In this document: positions 42,576 through 55,736 of the stretch, in pieces
Layout: each line of letters starts with the position of its first letter
Position numbering within the stretch: the first letter of the stretch is position 1
Origin: the human T2T-CHM13v2.0 reference genome, Homo sapiens
Length of the DNA stretch: 64,000 nucleotides
Direction: 5' to 3' (one strand)
Assembly (NCBI RefSeq): GCF_009914755.1
Contig: NC_060928.1
Made by a program: the position numbers and the translations under genes
Notes under the pieces: model-generated
What the model was told of the DNA's origin: nothing
Seen by the model: the letters and a program-made list of their open reading frames with translations, nothing else
Database searches by the model: none

Positions 42576-44539
42576 GAGTGGGAAATATATTCTTAGGAAG
42601 GATAAAAACACAGATTGAGGCTACTTTTCCTTTCTTAAAATATCAATAAAATAAGGGGTAAAGACTAAAAAAAAATGTTTTAAAAGTGGACTATAGACTT
42701 TACATGGGAGTAGAACCGTCGACATGTCTGAAGGTCACAACTCTCTAGGTGGTTTTCCTTTTCTAGTCTAAAAAATGAAATCATGTCCTACACATGTCAT
42801 TCCATTCCTCCCTACAGGAAATAGAGTAATGGCTCTGCTAAAAAAGACCAGAGTTAAAGTGTGTGTGTGTATTCAAGAGAAGTACCTTTAGAAGAGACAT
42901 TTTAATTAACCCCAATTTAATAGACAATGCTGAAACACAGGGGACTTAAGACATTCCTGACCTATAGCTTTTCAGTGATAATGATGATGATAAATGAGGC
43001 TACATTCTCCAGTCTAGAAATACTTGCCACAGGCATGATTTCTGAACAAATTGCTTCCCTCATTTGTCACTGCCCCGTATCAAGTAATAATGATCTCAAG
43101 CACAAGAACAGAAAGCCTAGGGAAACAAATGTAAGAGATGTAAAAGGAAATGAATAGAAGTGAGGTTATGACGCTTTGGAGACATTTTTTAAAAAGTTAA
43201 ATTCCAATGAAGATAGTTTAGAAATTGGAATGACCCTCAAGTTTGGTTCTCCAATCAGTATTTGTGTTTCCTGAACAATCTTGGTGTTGATTCTTAGATT
43301 TTAATTAGCAATGGTGCTACGGTAAAAGGATCCTCAGCAATTTCTCACAGACTCCGGGCCATTTGCTCTCATTATAAAAGTCTACTTTCATCGTTCCTGC
43401 AGTATCATTGATCTTAACACAGTTGCTAAGGCCAACACTCATGTCATTATTTTTGATGTAACATGAAGAATAAAAATAAGTTCCTCTGTAAAAACCTAAG
43501 ACATATTTTATTTTTTAAATGTCTGATGGCCTGTCAGAAAAAGAGGGATAATCATACAGTTTTCCAAATGCTAAACTATTTCTTTATGTGAGTCAAAAAC
43601 ATTGATTTTGGCGTTTTGCCTACACCAAGAAAACCAGTGCTTTGAAGGCAATGAGCAAGTGACAATTTACACAGAGCCTGTTATAATCCCTCACCCCCTA
43701 CCTTCCTGGAAAAGCAGAATTCACAGTGGTTGGTCAGAACCCTGTTTGGGGCTGGAATAGGCCAAAACCACTCAGAAGTTTCTAGAGCCAATTAAATACC
43801 CCTGATTTACTGATTTAATAAAGAAACTCTGTCTTCTGACCTCAAAGGGTCAATAAGAACAAACATCAATAAAAGGGAAATGTTTTCATTGAAAACATGG
43901 GGAGATCAAGCACAAGGCTTCTAACATTGTGTGATGCACTAATTTATCAGCAAAATGCTCATAGTGGGTAGCAACTCATCAAGGAAAAGAGCAATCTGCT
44001 CCACAGCCTTCACACTATGCTACTTACATTTTCACAGAAACAAGTTAGAATCTAAACTACTGAATACACTGAGACTCTTGGGTACCCTTAGCTACTTTCA
44101 AAGAAACAATTGTTCTTTCTTTTATGTCAGTTAAGTCAACCACAAATCTTAAAAAACTTTAAAAGTAGAATCTTCTGCTGAGAACTGATTACACTAATAG
44201 ACTCCAGTGTGTTCACCTCCTTTCTGCCACACTGACAGGTACTGGGTGGACAGTTGAGGATTGATGCATTCTAGTCTAAGAGATTTGTGTTTATACTTAG
44301 TCAAAGAAATACCTCATCAAAGATTTGATAGTTTAAGTAATGTAAAATGATGCAAATAATTTAAAATGATTTCTTTAAAGTGATGAGATATGCTTATTAT
44401 TTTAAAATGCAGGTATCAATTCCATAAAAATAAAAAATCACAGAGCAAGAATCAAATGGTAATATCCTAGAATAATCCTTCTTTTTGGGTTTTGGGATTT
44501 TGTATGATTATTATATATCTCCTTATTTTCATTTTGGAG

Positions 44540-44882
44540 CATTTATTTTTTCCAAAACTGTTATGAATATTTTCAAACATACAGCAAAGTTGAAGAAATT
44601 TTGCAGTGAATATCTGTATATCTACCACTTCAATTTATTAGTAACTTACTTTACTAGTTTCATCATACTTCTATATATTTATCCACTCCTCTATCAATTT
44701 TATCTTTTTGATGCATTTCAATGTAAATTACAAACCCAAGAACCGTCCCAGTAAATATTTAAACATGTATATCATTAACCAGAGTTCAATATTTGTTTAG
44801 ATTTTTTTCATGCAATATTTACACAAAATAGAATTCACAAATATTAAGTTTACATTCACTGAGTTTTGACAAATGCATCCAA
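44540..44882 (-). mobile_element. Old L1 (L1MC/ME-type) 3' end
   Basis: TTTTCAAACATACAGCAAAGTTGAAG...GAGTTTTGACAAATGCAT is a reverse L1 3' UTR. Confidence 0.7.
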
Positions 44883-44889
44883 ACTCATC

Positions 44890-45315
44890 TCAGTTAAAAT
44901 CCAAACCTTCTACCAAGTATGATCTGGCTCCAGCCTGTTTCTCTACTCACGATGCCAGCCCAGCGTGCCTACCCAGCTCACTCTCTTTTTCTCACACAGC
45001 TGAGCTCTTGATGCCTTCACAGCCTGTGCACAAGTTAATCCTTCCTTTTGTCCCTCCTCATCTTCGATCATCACTTTTAAATATCACTTCCTTAAAAATG
45101 CCTTCCCTGCCTGCCCATATAGATTATGTCTTCCCAGTTATGCTCTATAATTATTATCAAAATGTGAATTATACATGTTTATGTTTTCTTTGTTTAATGT
45201 CTGTGTGCTTTGTTAGTTTACATGTTCCATGATTGTAGGGACTATATATTTCTAATCCACTAGTTCATCTAACACAGGGAAACAGGATGCAGATAGCAGT
45301 TGACTGAATGAATTA
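44890..45315 (+). mobile_element. L2 3' fragment
   Basis: AAAATCCAAACCTT...TGATCTGGCTCC...ATCACTTCCTT...GTTGACTGAATGAAT. Confidence 0.65.
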
Positions 45316-48300
45316 TAGCCCTCTTTGATCTCTTCTTTCTTGGACATTACTTGTTCATTCTACAATAATGCATCACATTATCTCATAATCAATTTATAAA
45401 TTTATCTTTTATCTCTTCCTCTTCACAGTAAGGTCTGAGATCCAATGCTTATTCACTCATTCATACATGTTTACTAAGCACCTACTCTGTACCCGACAAT
45501 GAAACAGATACATATAATACAGTCTGAAAAGTGTTCTGGAAACGCAAGAAGGGGCACCTTACTTGAATCGGAGGGAAAGGAAAAGACGGACTTGCCATTG
45601 AAGGTGGCCTCCAAGCTGAGGCTTGGAATAGATCTTAGCTTTATATACTTCCTTTACACACTAAATTCAGACCACCTTCTCTCTCATGTGTGAACTCCCT
45701 TTCACTTTTATTGACATGGACTGTGGAGCACTTTTCCCTACATGGAGAAAGAGAGCTAGTAATAATAAGGTGTCAGAGTGACTCTCGCTTGGTTTCTGGC
45801 AAGTAAAATCTAGGAAAAGTTCAAAGCCATGACTATATTATCTTTCTCCGCATTGGTCTCCTTCTTGAATATCCCACAGTGACTATGAAGTTTCAGCTCA
45901 AAGAACTTATTATTTTTCTACTCTGTACACTGGAGTCTAGCTCCAGAATATGAAAGCACAGCAGTGCAAGGGCCACAGAGGCACTGCAGTTTGTCAAAGC
46001 CCATTCCCTACCAATATTTGTTAACTTCTCTCAGAGTACAGCAACACATCACAGAAGAGTTTTGCTCTTGCAGAAAAACGTACAACAGGAAATGGATAGT
46101 TGAATACATTTTGCATGTCCCACACTTTCATTTGCTCCCTTAAATATATTCATTCATTAAATGAATACAGTGCCATGGTTGCTTGTACTGACTGGTTGGG
46201 AATCACAAATTCCAGAGATAGAGTACAAGGAAGCAGACAAACAAAAGGTTTTGAAATGTTGCATGATTACTAAGTGGCCCTCCCAATTCTGATATCCCTT
46301 TCAAGTAAGGTGTCACTTCTCAGTGCAAAACCCAGTGTGAATGAATGAATCAAGTTGGACAGGGAGGTTGATGTTCAGTTTTTCATAATGGTACACAGAA
46401 AAATCAAAATGTTGTCATTTAATTATGTTTATGTTAGTGACATTATTAAATAGCCACCTCTTTTTTACCACAGCTAGGTTCACCGTCTTCAATTAGAAAG
46501 TTAGAGTGCCTGTCTCTCAGATGTTTAGTCTTCTGTCGTAACTCTTATTTTAAAAACATGAATTACTAACAGGGAAAAATTTGAGCATGACACAAATTTC
46601 CCATCTAATTATGCATTACTTTACTTGTGAGGAACAATGTGTGACTATAGAAAACTGCATCCAATGAACCAAGCTACATAGCAATATACAAAATACATAC
46701 ACATAACCCTTCAAACGTCTAACAGGTATCTCAGTTTGCCATGTGTGTTAGGGACCATACCCATCCACATCTGGTGTTACAATTTTCTGTCTGATTTCAG
46801 ATAACCCTCCTTCCACCTCTTCACAGTAACTCCCAAGCTGCAACTCTTCCAACATCCTCTTCCATAAGCAAACTTAGGTCTCTTTCAAGGTGAAGTCCAT
46901 ATTTATTGTAGCGTTTATATTTCTTAACCATTTGCATGTGTAGAAATATTCCATCAGTTTTATTAGGTTTCTATATTTGTGTGTATTTAATTCAAATTTT
47001 GCATGTTATGCTCCAATCCTATTTCCCCCACAAACTCTTGTGATTTTTATTTCCAATTTTGCATAGTGAGATAAATTTAAGGAACATTTATGTCATGTAT
47101 AGCAGAACTGATTGGACAATTTCCTGTTGTTATTTATGTGATTTTTATGAAGCTTTTCTCCACAATTTAAAAGTGTCCTATAATAGAGATGCAAATTTAT
47201 ATTAAAATAATTTTTATTCCAATAATATCCACAGATTACCCATTTTCAGAGTTGGTAATAACTGGAGAGATGAGAAATTATAATTTATCTGATGAAAAAA
47301 AAAATCCAAAGAGAAAACTCATAGGATCAATCATTAACAGCTAGACAAAAAGTAATAACCCATAGTATATTTTTCTGAAATGGAGGAAGTACCCCTCTAT
47401 TAAATAATATATAATATTTTCAAAAAACTGCAAGAATTATTTTCTTGGAGGTGGACTCTGAAATATTTTTGAAGCTAGAAAAGATTCCTCCATAGGAAAA
47501 AGAGTAAAAACAAAACTCATAATTACTAAATTAAAGACAAATTGTAACCAGAGTGATTGTCCAAATATTACACTGTGAGCTGTGCAGATATATAACTAAT
47601 TACAGAAACTGCTATGGATGGATGGTCTAATCCTTGTTTGGGCACTTTTTTTGAGGCAGTCTTCTTGCTAAAAATGTAAAGACTGGTCACTCAACAAAAG
47701 GCCCCAGGTTGTTTCTCTTAATTAACTCTAGGAGTAACTCAGGGAAAAATGAACACGTTCAAGCTGCTGAAATATCAGAATATTTTGCTAATATATATAA
47801 GAATAATGCTAGTCAATCTATAACCAATAGAAATACAGAATAAGCTAATAAAACAATTGAGGAAGGGTGTGGGAAAGATGCCCTCATGACATTATGCTCT
47901 ATTTTTCTAGAACACAGCCAATATTATAATCTTAGAAATAATGATCTTTAATGGAATTTTCTAGCATCTAATTTCTATGACAGATGTACTATGGGATTTT
48001 CATAATGCTTCAATGAAGGCAGGAGACATTTTTTTGAAGTGCTCATAAACTCAGAATAAACTGCCTTTAATCGAACATAGATTTTTGCTTGCCTTTTTCT
48101 TTCTTGAAAAAAAAAAAAAAAACAGAGACATATAAAACAGCAGGTCTGCAACTTTCTCACTAAGGAAATAAAGGGAAAAAACCTGACAGAGCAAATCCAA
48201 ACCAATTAAGCAAAACAGAAACCATTTGAAAGTCAGTAAAAGCATAGCTGAACATCAAATATAGGTCTATTATTGATGTGAATCAATTATGCAATTCTAA

Positions 48301-49716
48301 TTGTGAGATTTACATTAGTGTATCATGTCAATTCTTATATATTAAATGTATTTTATTTAAAATATTACAAAAAATTCATATTTAGATAGTCCTGAATATT
48401 GAATTTGCATTTCTATACTATCATAGTTCTTTTTCTACAATCTAAAATTCTCAAGGATTCAAAAAGTACACAAGATTTTAAATTATTAAGACCAATAATT
48501 CCATTTACTGAATATCTACAAATCATAGTATCGTATAAATGAGAAAAAAAGCTTTTCTTTATTTCTGTGGCATATTGTAAAAGGAACTTGTAGCACTTGG
48601 GAAAAAATACAGAATTTTATAAGAGATGCTGAATAACCTTTAGGAAATAAAGGAGATAGCCCTTCTTTCATGCATATACATGATAAAATAAGAAACTATA
48701 AAATAAACTACAGAAAATTTTTGACTATCAGACATCACCCATATTTTGTAGGTACCTACTACAACTGTAATTAGCTTTCTTGCAACTCTGCAAATTTGCA
48801 AGTAAGTTGAATTACCTGGGCCCTATTATTGAAATGAAGGTCTGCCATTGACGCTGATAGAGCATCAGTGGTAAGGTCTCATGCAATGGCACATGATTGT
48901 GTAAGAAAAGCAATAGCCCTACTAAGAAAACTTTGCTAAATTGTTTTGCAGCATCCAAAGAAATAAAATAGAGTGGTAGGATCTTTATCAGAGCCCAGGA
49001 CTTCCGTGTGATTAATTAGCTGTGGTTTATTTGGATGGTAAAGATAAAGGCAGAGCTGCAGGTAAACTTTGCACATTCATGCTTCTAAATTCATTAATAC
49101 TATGTGTGAATTTTCTTTTCCATCACTATAACAAAACTCATGGTAAAAGAAACTTTGCCTCACAGGATCTCCATTTACAGATATTGGCACCATTCTACCA
49201 GATCAGGATTTTAGGTAAGTCAATCAACATAACTAAAAATTTGTTGTTTGCTGTTGCTGTTGTTATTGCTTTTGCCAGGGACCACTCTAGTTTTAATGAG
49301 ATATTTCTCAGAAAGATGGTGAGGATCCTGGACCTGAACTCAGAGGTTCCATGACCATGTCAAAGTACTACCAGTGAAAATTAAAAACCTTCTTCTCCCA
49401 TTAAAACAAAGCTCCCAAATTACCACATATCAATATTTATCAGTGCAGATTAGAAGAATGAATTCTGGTGGCTCTGGAGCCAAGATAACTTTCTGGGAAC
49501 AGATATCCTCTTATTTAATAATTCAACTATAGGAACGTCTCTTTTTGAAAATATCATAAATAAAATGAACACAAAAATACATGAAAAGTATAGCATAATG
49601 CAAAAGTATATGTCTCAAAACAGAAAAATTTGGTTTGCAAAAAATGTTTTTAGCTTTTTGCTGATACATAGAGATAGCAATAATATAGTTATCACTCAAA
49701 AATCCTTAAGAGCTAG

Positions 49717-49811
49717 GCATACAGTGTACATAGGGTTTGGTACTATCCATCATTTCAGGCAACTACAGGGGTTCTTGGAACATAGTTCCTGCAGATAAGG
49801 AAGGACTGCTA
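49717..49811 (+). mobile_element. MER44/Tigger7-type terminal fragment
   Basis: ATAGGGTTTGGTACTATCCATCATTTCAGGCA...CTTGGAACATA...GATAAGGAAGGACTGCT matches the recalled MER44 3' end. Confidence 0.75.
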
Positions 49812-51356
49812 TATGATTATTTCCATTCTGCATCTGATGAATCTAAGCACACATTCTATGAAATGTACCAGAATATAAAATGCTGTGTGTGCATTCCTAA
49901 ACAGCTGATTTTATTGATTGATTTATTTGTAAACTTTGCAGAGAGCATTGCTGCTTTCTGTAGATATTTAGTTTTCCAGAAATGAGCCTCTAGATACCTA
50001 TCTTCTCCTTTTCCAGTTATCCATAATCATTGAGGAAACCCATCAATAAACGGAGGATAGGACGAGGTCTTCCCTAAATGCTAAGGGTCTTTCCTTCTCC
50101 CCAAGTGAAGATGGTACAAGGTAGCTTTGTTTTCAATCTTTAAATCTCCCAAAACTCTATCAGTGATTTCAGTCTCTTTCTACCCTGTCATGTAGCAGGA
50201 AAAATTATACCCTGGTGCATATCCAAGTTCACAGGCCACATTGAGCTTATTTTTCTTTTACAGGCCCTTGCAGTAAGCAGTTCCATTATAAACAATCTGC
50301 TTTATCAAGGCTGGCCCCAACAAATACAGATAAATAATAAAACATCTCAAGCTTCTAGAATGGAAAAGATTTATAAGCACGGCTGGCGTGGATGATGTAA
50401 AGAAGGGTTCAAAGGCTGTTTGAACCATAAACTCAAGAGGAAAAATCTGAATCATTTAGCAAAAAGAAGTGTTACATGAGGTTTTGGTTTTTTTTTTTTT
50501 TTGTTTCCTCTTCTCCTTCTTATGTTTTAAGGGAAAGTTTATTTAACACAAAGCACAAGCATCCCCTTTGTTATTGGATATGGTTAGAGTCACAGACATG
50601 CTTTTGATAGATGAAAGAGAAATACTTCTGGAAACAAAATATTTTATTTGAAGGAAACCTTCCAAAAACATGTCACATACTTCCGTGTTAATGTGATAAG
50701 TTGAATATGTAATTGAAACTTTTTTGATTGTATAAAAAGCGTCATTTCCCGAAGTGCATTCTAGAAGCAGGATGTTAATGGTGTTTTGGGAAAAAAGGTG
50801 TTCTGAGGTCAAATAAATTTGGGAGATGCTGATGTCAATTCGGATTTGCTTAGAACAATGAATATTCCCATTTAGACTGGCTAATTGGGTGGGAAACGTA
50901 AACCCATATGTCAGGGCGTGTATTGACCCCACAGGCACTAAGAAATTGAATGTCAGTCTTTTTCTTCTAATTTCATGGCACCACTCTGTCACCAACTCCT
51001 TCCTAGAGGTTGAAATGTTAGAAAAGGAGAGGAAAAAAAGAGAGAATACAGGAAGAGAGGACAAGCTAAGAGCTGACCTACTCAATCATGCTGTTTATTT
51101 TCCCTTATGCACTAGGAGACATTTCTCTCCTGCATTTTGTGCAAAATCGGCCACCTGTTGCTGCTTCTGCTTTCCATTGGTGGTTCTGCCTCTGCTGTTC
51201 TCTGGCAATGCAGCGACCCTCAGATACCTTTGTTGGTTTTCCTGCAGAGATTATAAAATCACAGAGAGGCTATTGTTCTGCACGGATAGGAAAGCCAGAA
51301 GTACACGTAATGGAGAAAGGGAGACAGTAGATTGTTTTCAGTAGGAGGTGGCTTAC

Positions 51357-51395
51357 CTGTGTTTGCTGCCTTTGTTCTGTTTGTTTCCCTATGTG
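51357..51395 (-). other. Candidate 39-nt internal exon (unverified)
   Basis: Minus strand reads tctcttttccacatttattcccttctctaatactag|CACATAGG...AAACACAG|gtaagc. Confidence 0.3.
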
Positions 51396-52834
51396 CTAGT
51401 ATTAGAGAAGGGAATAAATGTGGAAAAGAGACAACCCAGATGAATTTAGTCACATCTTAAAAAATATTTTGCTCTCCAAATGTAAGAAATTCAAACAAAA
51501 CAGACCAATTTTTTCAACCTTCATTAACAGCAATTTAGTATCATTTACCATTAAGAGAGGATGTTAGGCTCTCTCCAGTTATTCAGTACTTTCATGATTA
51601 TTTCAAATATTGGTATGACTTTTAATTAAAGTATGAGTAGAAGACTCTACTTACTTCTTTCCACTCAAAAATACTGCATATATAGCTAATTTCACTTGTA
51701 TATAATTTTAAGGCATTCTAGGTTTTTAGATAGCAGTAATGGTGATAATTAGTAAGAGAAAATTAAGATTCCGAAGACCTGACACCGAAAAAAAAAGCAG
51801 TAAGTCCCAAAAGGAGGGAAGATTCCTGGAGTGCTTGAATAACATTTGGCCATGCCTCAGTGAACTTGAAAGAAACTCGGTGAAATTTAAAAAGTACTTA
51901 TCAGCAACCATAGCTCTAACATGCTTTTCTTTAATAAATAATACTTAACACTTACTGCTTACATCACAATTTTCATCTTCAATGTACTTTACAAACATTA
52001 AGTAATTTTTATAATACTCTTGGGAATTAACAATGCTATTTCTGCATTTATATAGAGTCGCTCATTTGAAGAATCTGAAAGGACTTCACAAATATTAAAT
52101 ATAAGCCACATTCAATTTTAAAAAAGAGAAATAAAAACGAAACTGGACAGGTCATTGGAAATAGAGTCTATATACTATTGGAATTAAGAATTTCTGATTT
52201 CTAAATTTGGTTTTGACCACATAAAAGCATTCCTTTATGGAGGCTGCTTAAATTCAACGGTGTCTTAAAAACTGCTTAAAAAATTAATATACAAGGACAA
52301 TTTCAATGTCAGGCCACCAGACTTCTGCTTTTGTGTCATGTTTCTATTCATTCCTGAACAAATATGGCTATGTCCTCATTTCCTAGCTCAACAAAAGGAA
52401 GCAGTGGAACTGCTAATACAGAAATCCTTCCAAATGAACTTCAAATGAATGTATTATGCTCTTTGCGTAAATTTCACTTTCAAAATTGTATGTTTCAAAA
52501 GATAATATTAAAATTATTTAATGAATAACGAAGGAGGACTCTGTGATTATCAGTGAAAAATATGCCCAGGTTGTTTTATTTTTCAATCAATATTTGACTA
52601 ATAAAGAAATTGCTAAATTACTTTGGCCTAATGTTATTTGTTTAAGTTAGCACTCAATTTTTCTTTATTCTAAGTAACTCTGCAAATCAATGTTTTGGAG
52701 ATCTTGCAAAAACTAGGTATAATTACACTGTTCTGTATATGAATATGTAATACATATATATACATAGATACATAATATATGTAATGTAACTAATTACATA
52801 AATTATTTTATTTAATTATCACAGCAAAAGACCT

Positions 52835-52980
52835 GTATCATTATCACTGTTTTACAGATGAATTAAGTGAGGCACAGTGATGTGACTTACCTAACTAAGG
52901 CAATATATCTAGTGAATGGTACAGTCAGAATTCAAACCCAAACAGTCTGTTTCAGGAGGCTGGACTCTTGAGCACTGTTC
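52835..52980 (-). mobile_element. MIR
   Basis: TTTTACAGATGAATTAAGTGAGGCACAG...GAATTCAAACCCAAACAGTCTG. Confidence 0.75.
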
Positions 52981-53257
52981 AGAATAAGTTGCTCTCATGA
53001 AGCTAAATAGTATAGTAAACTAGTAAGATTAACACGCTAAGCAGGTCAGTTGGTGGATCACCCAGCACAGAGCAAAGAAAGGCAACCTGGTTAGTGTAAA
53101 GAATTTATGACTTCCATTCAGGAGCCCAGTTTGGTGAATTGCTTGTATAGTCTACTAGACATGTGACGCTGTGAACCATGTCAACTTTTTGAGTTTTAAC
53201 TCTCTTAACAGTAGTAGCGCAGGGGTAGAGAGAAAGAGATTGAATTATCTTTGAAGA

Positions 53258-53282
53258 CTTCAAGACTTTCAAAGTCTTGAAG
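53258..53282. repeat. Perfect inverted repeat, 12-bp arms with 1-nt spacer
   Basis: CTTCAAGACTTT-C-AAAGTCTTGAAG. Confidence 0.95.
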
Positions 53283-53292
53283 GACCCTACTG

Positions 53293-53788
<496 letters not shown>

Positions 53789-53923
53789 TAAAATAATAGC
53801 TGTCTTATATAGAATCAATCACAAATGTAGCCTAATATAATAATGCGCCAAATAATTAGTAATATATGCAGACGTGTCCTTAATTTCTTTCCTAAAAGTC
53901 CATGCATGAGTGTGTGCGCCAAT

Positions 53924-53952
53924 ACACACACACACACACACATACACACACA
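53924..53952. repeat. Imperfect (AC)n microsatellite
   Basis: Read directly from the sequence. Confidence 0.9.
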
Positions 53953-54029
53953 AACATATTCATGCAAATATATGCTATGTATGTATGTATAGCTTCTTCT
54001 TGTATTATTTATCATAATGGTAACGCTGG

Positions 54030-54130
54030 CAGATGTTTCCTAGGTTTGGAGGACATGATAATGAAGAAGACAGTCCTTGCCTTCAAAGAGCTCGCATTCC
54101 AGTTGGGGAGCATGAGGAGATAAGCTAATT
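54030..54130 (-). mobile_element. L2 3' fragment
   Basis: ATGAAGAAGACAGTCCTTGCCTTCAAAGAGCTCGCATTCCAGTTGGGGAG. Confidence 0.65.
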
Positions 54131-55440
54131 CCAAAAAAAGAAAGAGTGAGAAGCTGGGGATATTTTAGCCAGACTGATTAAGGGAGGACTAGATGATATT
54201 AATAAGGAAATAATACAAAATCTGCTATAAGAACATCCCAAGGAGAGGAAACAGCTAATGTAGGAGGCTGGATATGGCAAGCAGGTTGGATAGTCTAAAC
54301 AATTAGACAGCAAGAAAGTCAGTGTCACACAGGGAAAAGAATACTACGTGATCAGATCAGAAAGGACACAGCCAGGCAAGGGACATCTTAGAGATCAGGG
54401 AGGGCCTCAGAGGTCTTTGTGTATTTTTGTGTTGTTATTTTTCAAGTATAATTAGAAACTACCAGAGAGTAACAGGGTACCTATTTTTGCTACTCACAGT
54501 ATGTATTAGTATGTTAAATACTATTTCTTTAACATTTCTTAACTTTCAAAAGATTTCTTCAAATGACTGAGGGTCTCTGTTACTCTAAATGCACACTGAT
54601 ATTATATGAACAATCAAAGCAATTTGCCAATCATTTGCTGCAAGGATGCAGAGGAATCTAGGACCTTTGAGAATGTAATAAATAATTCTTTTATTTGGAA
54701 CTCACTGAAAATTTGACATTTAAAAATGTTTTCCTTTTATTATTTAACCATCTTTTATTTTCAGTTTGTGCTTTTTTTATAGATACAACATGAAAATGAT
54801 GTTCCTATACAGAATTCTATCAATATTAAGGGGTATAGAAAAGTTTATTTGAACTATATATTTATTGTTTCTTTTTATTATTATTCTTTATTGAATTTCT
54901 GTGAGATTACAGAATTTTCAATCAAAGTACTGGTAGGATTTGATCTACTCTCTCTTGAATAATACAAACACCCTATTTTTTCACTAAGATAAAATCAAGA
55001 TAATTTACAAACACTTTAATTAAACCATGAATGTTTTATTTTATATACATAAACATATATTAATCCATTAAGACTCCATCACCATTTTTGAATACTGACA
55101 GAGTGAATTCCTTAGTCTTGTACCATGGAGATGGCTATTAATATAGCGCATCTCCATATATGCTAATGGTCTCCTGAATATCCTTTGAGAGCATGAAACT
55201 AACTCCATAGATTATACTGGGAATGGACAGATGGACAACAGACTTGAGCTCATCTCTGCTAATGTGGGGTTCTACAGTGAAAACTGCACTGGCAGATAAA
55301 GACCTGCTCATTGACCTCTTTCTCCTTTATTCACCATGGGGTCTTGGAAGTTCACTGTGGGCCTCAGCAATCCCACTTATAAAGTGGGGATACTTGCTTG
55401 TCTGACAGCAAGTAAATAGGCAGCTGGAGTGCATTGCCTT

Positions 55441-55736
55441 TTTTTTTTTTTTTTGAGACGGAGTCTCGCTCTGTCGCCCAGGCTGGAGTGCAGTGGTGCG
55501 ATCTCCGCTCACTGCAGGATCCGCCCCCCTGGCTTCACGCCATTCTCCTGCCTCAGCCTCCCGAGTAGCTGGGACTACAGGGGCCTGCCACCTTGCCTGG
55601 CTAATTTTTTGTATTTTTAGTAGAGACGGGGTTTCACCGTGTTAGCCAGGATGGTCTCGATCTCCTGACCTCGTGATCCGCCCGCCTCAACCTCCCAAAG
55701 TGCTGGGATTACAGGCGTGAGGCACCGCGCCGGGCC
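55441..55736 (-). mobile_element. AluY inserted in a MIR
   Basis: TSD TGCATTGCCTTTT at 55430-55442 and 55737-55749. Y diagnostics present and many CpGs intact. Confidence 0.95.

Noticed and set aside
50543-51344. Longest ORFs (180 aa minus, 151 aa plus)
   Set aside because: No recognisable domain, low-complexity composition and mutual overlap; the plus ORF starts at GTG. Consistent with chance.
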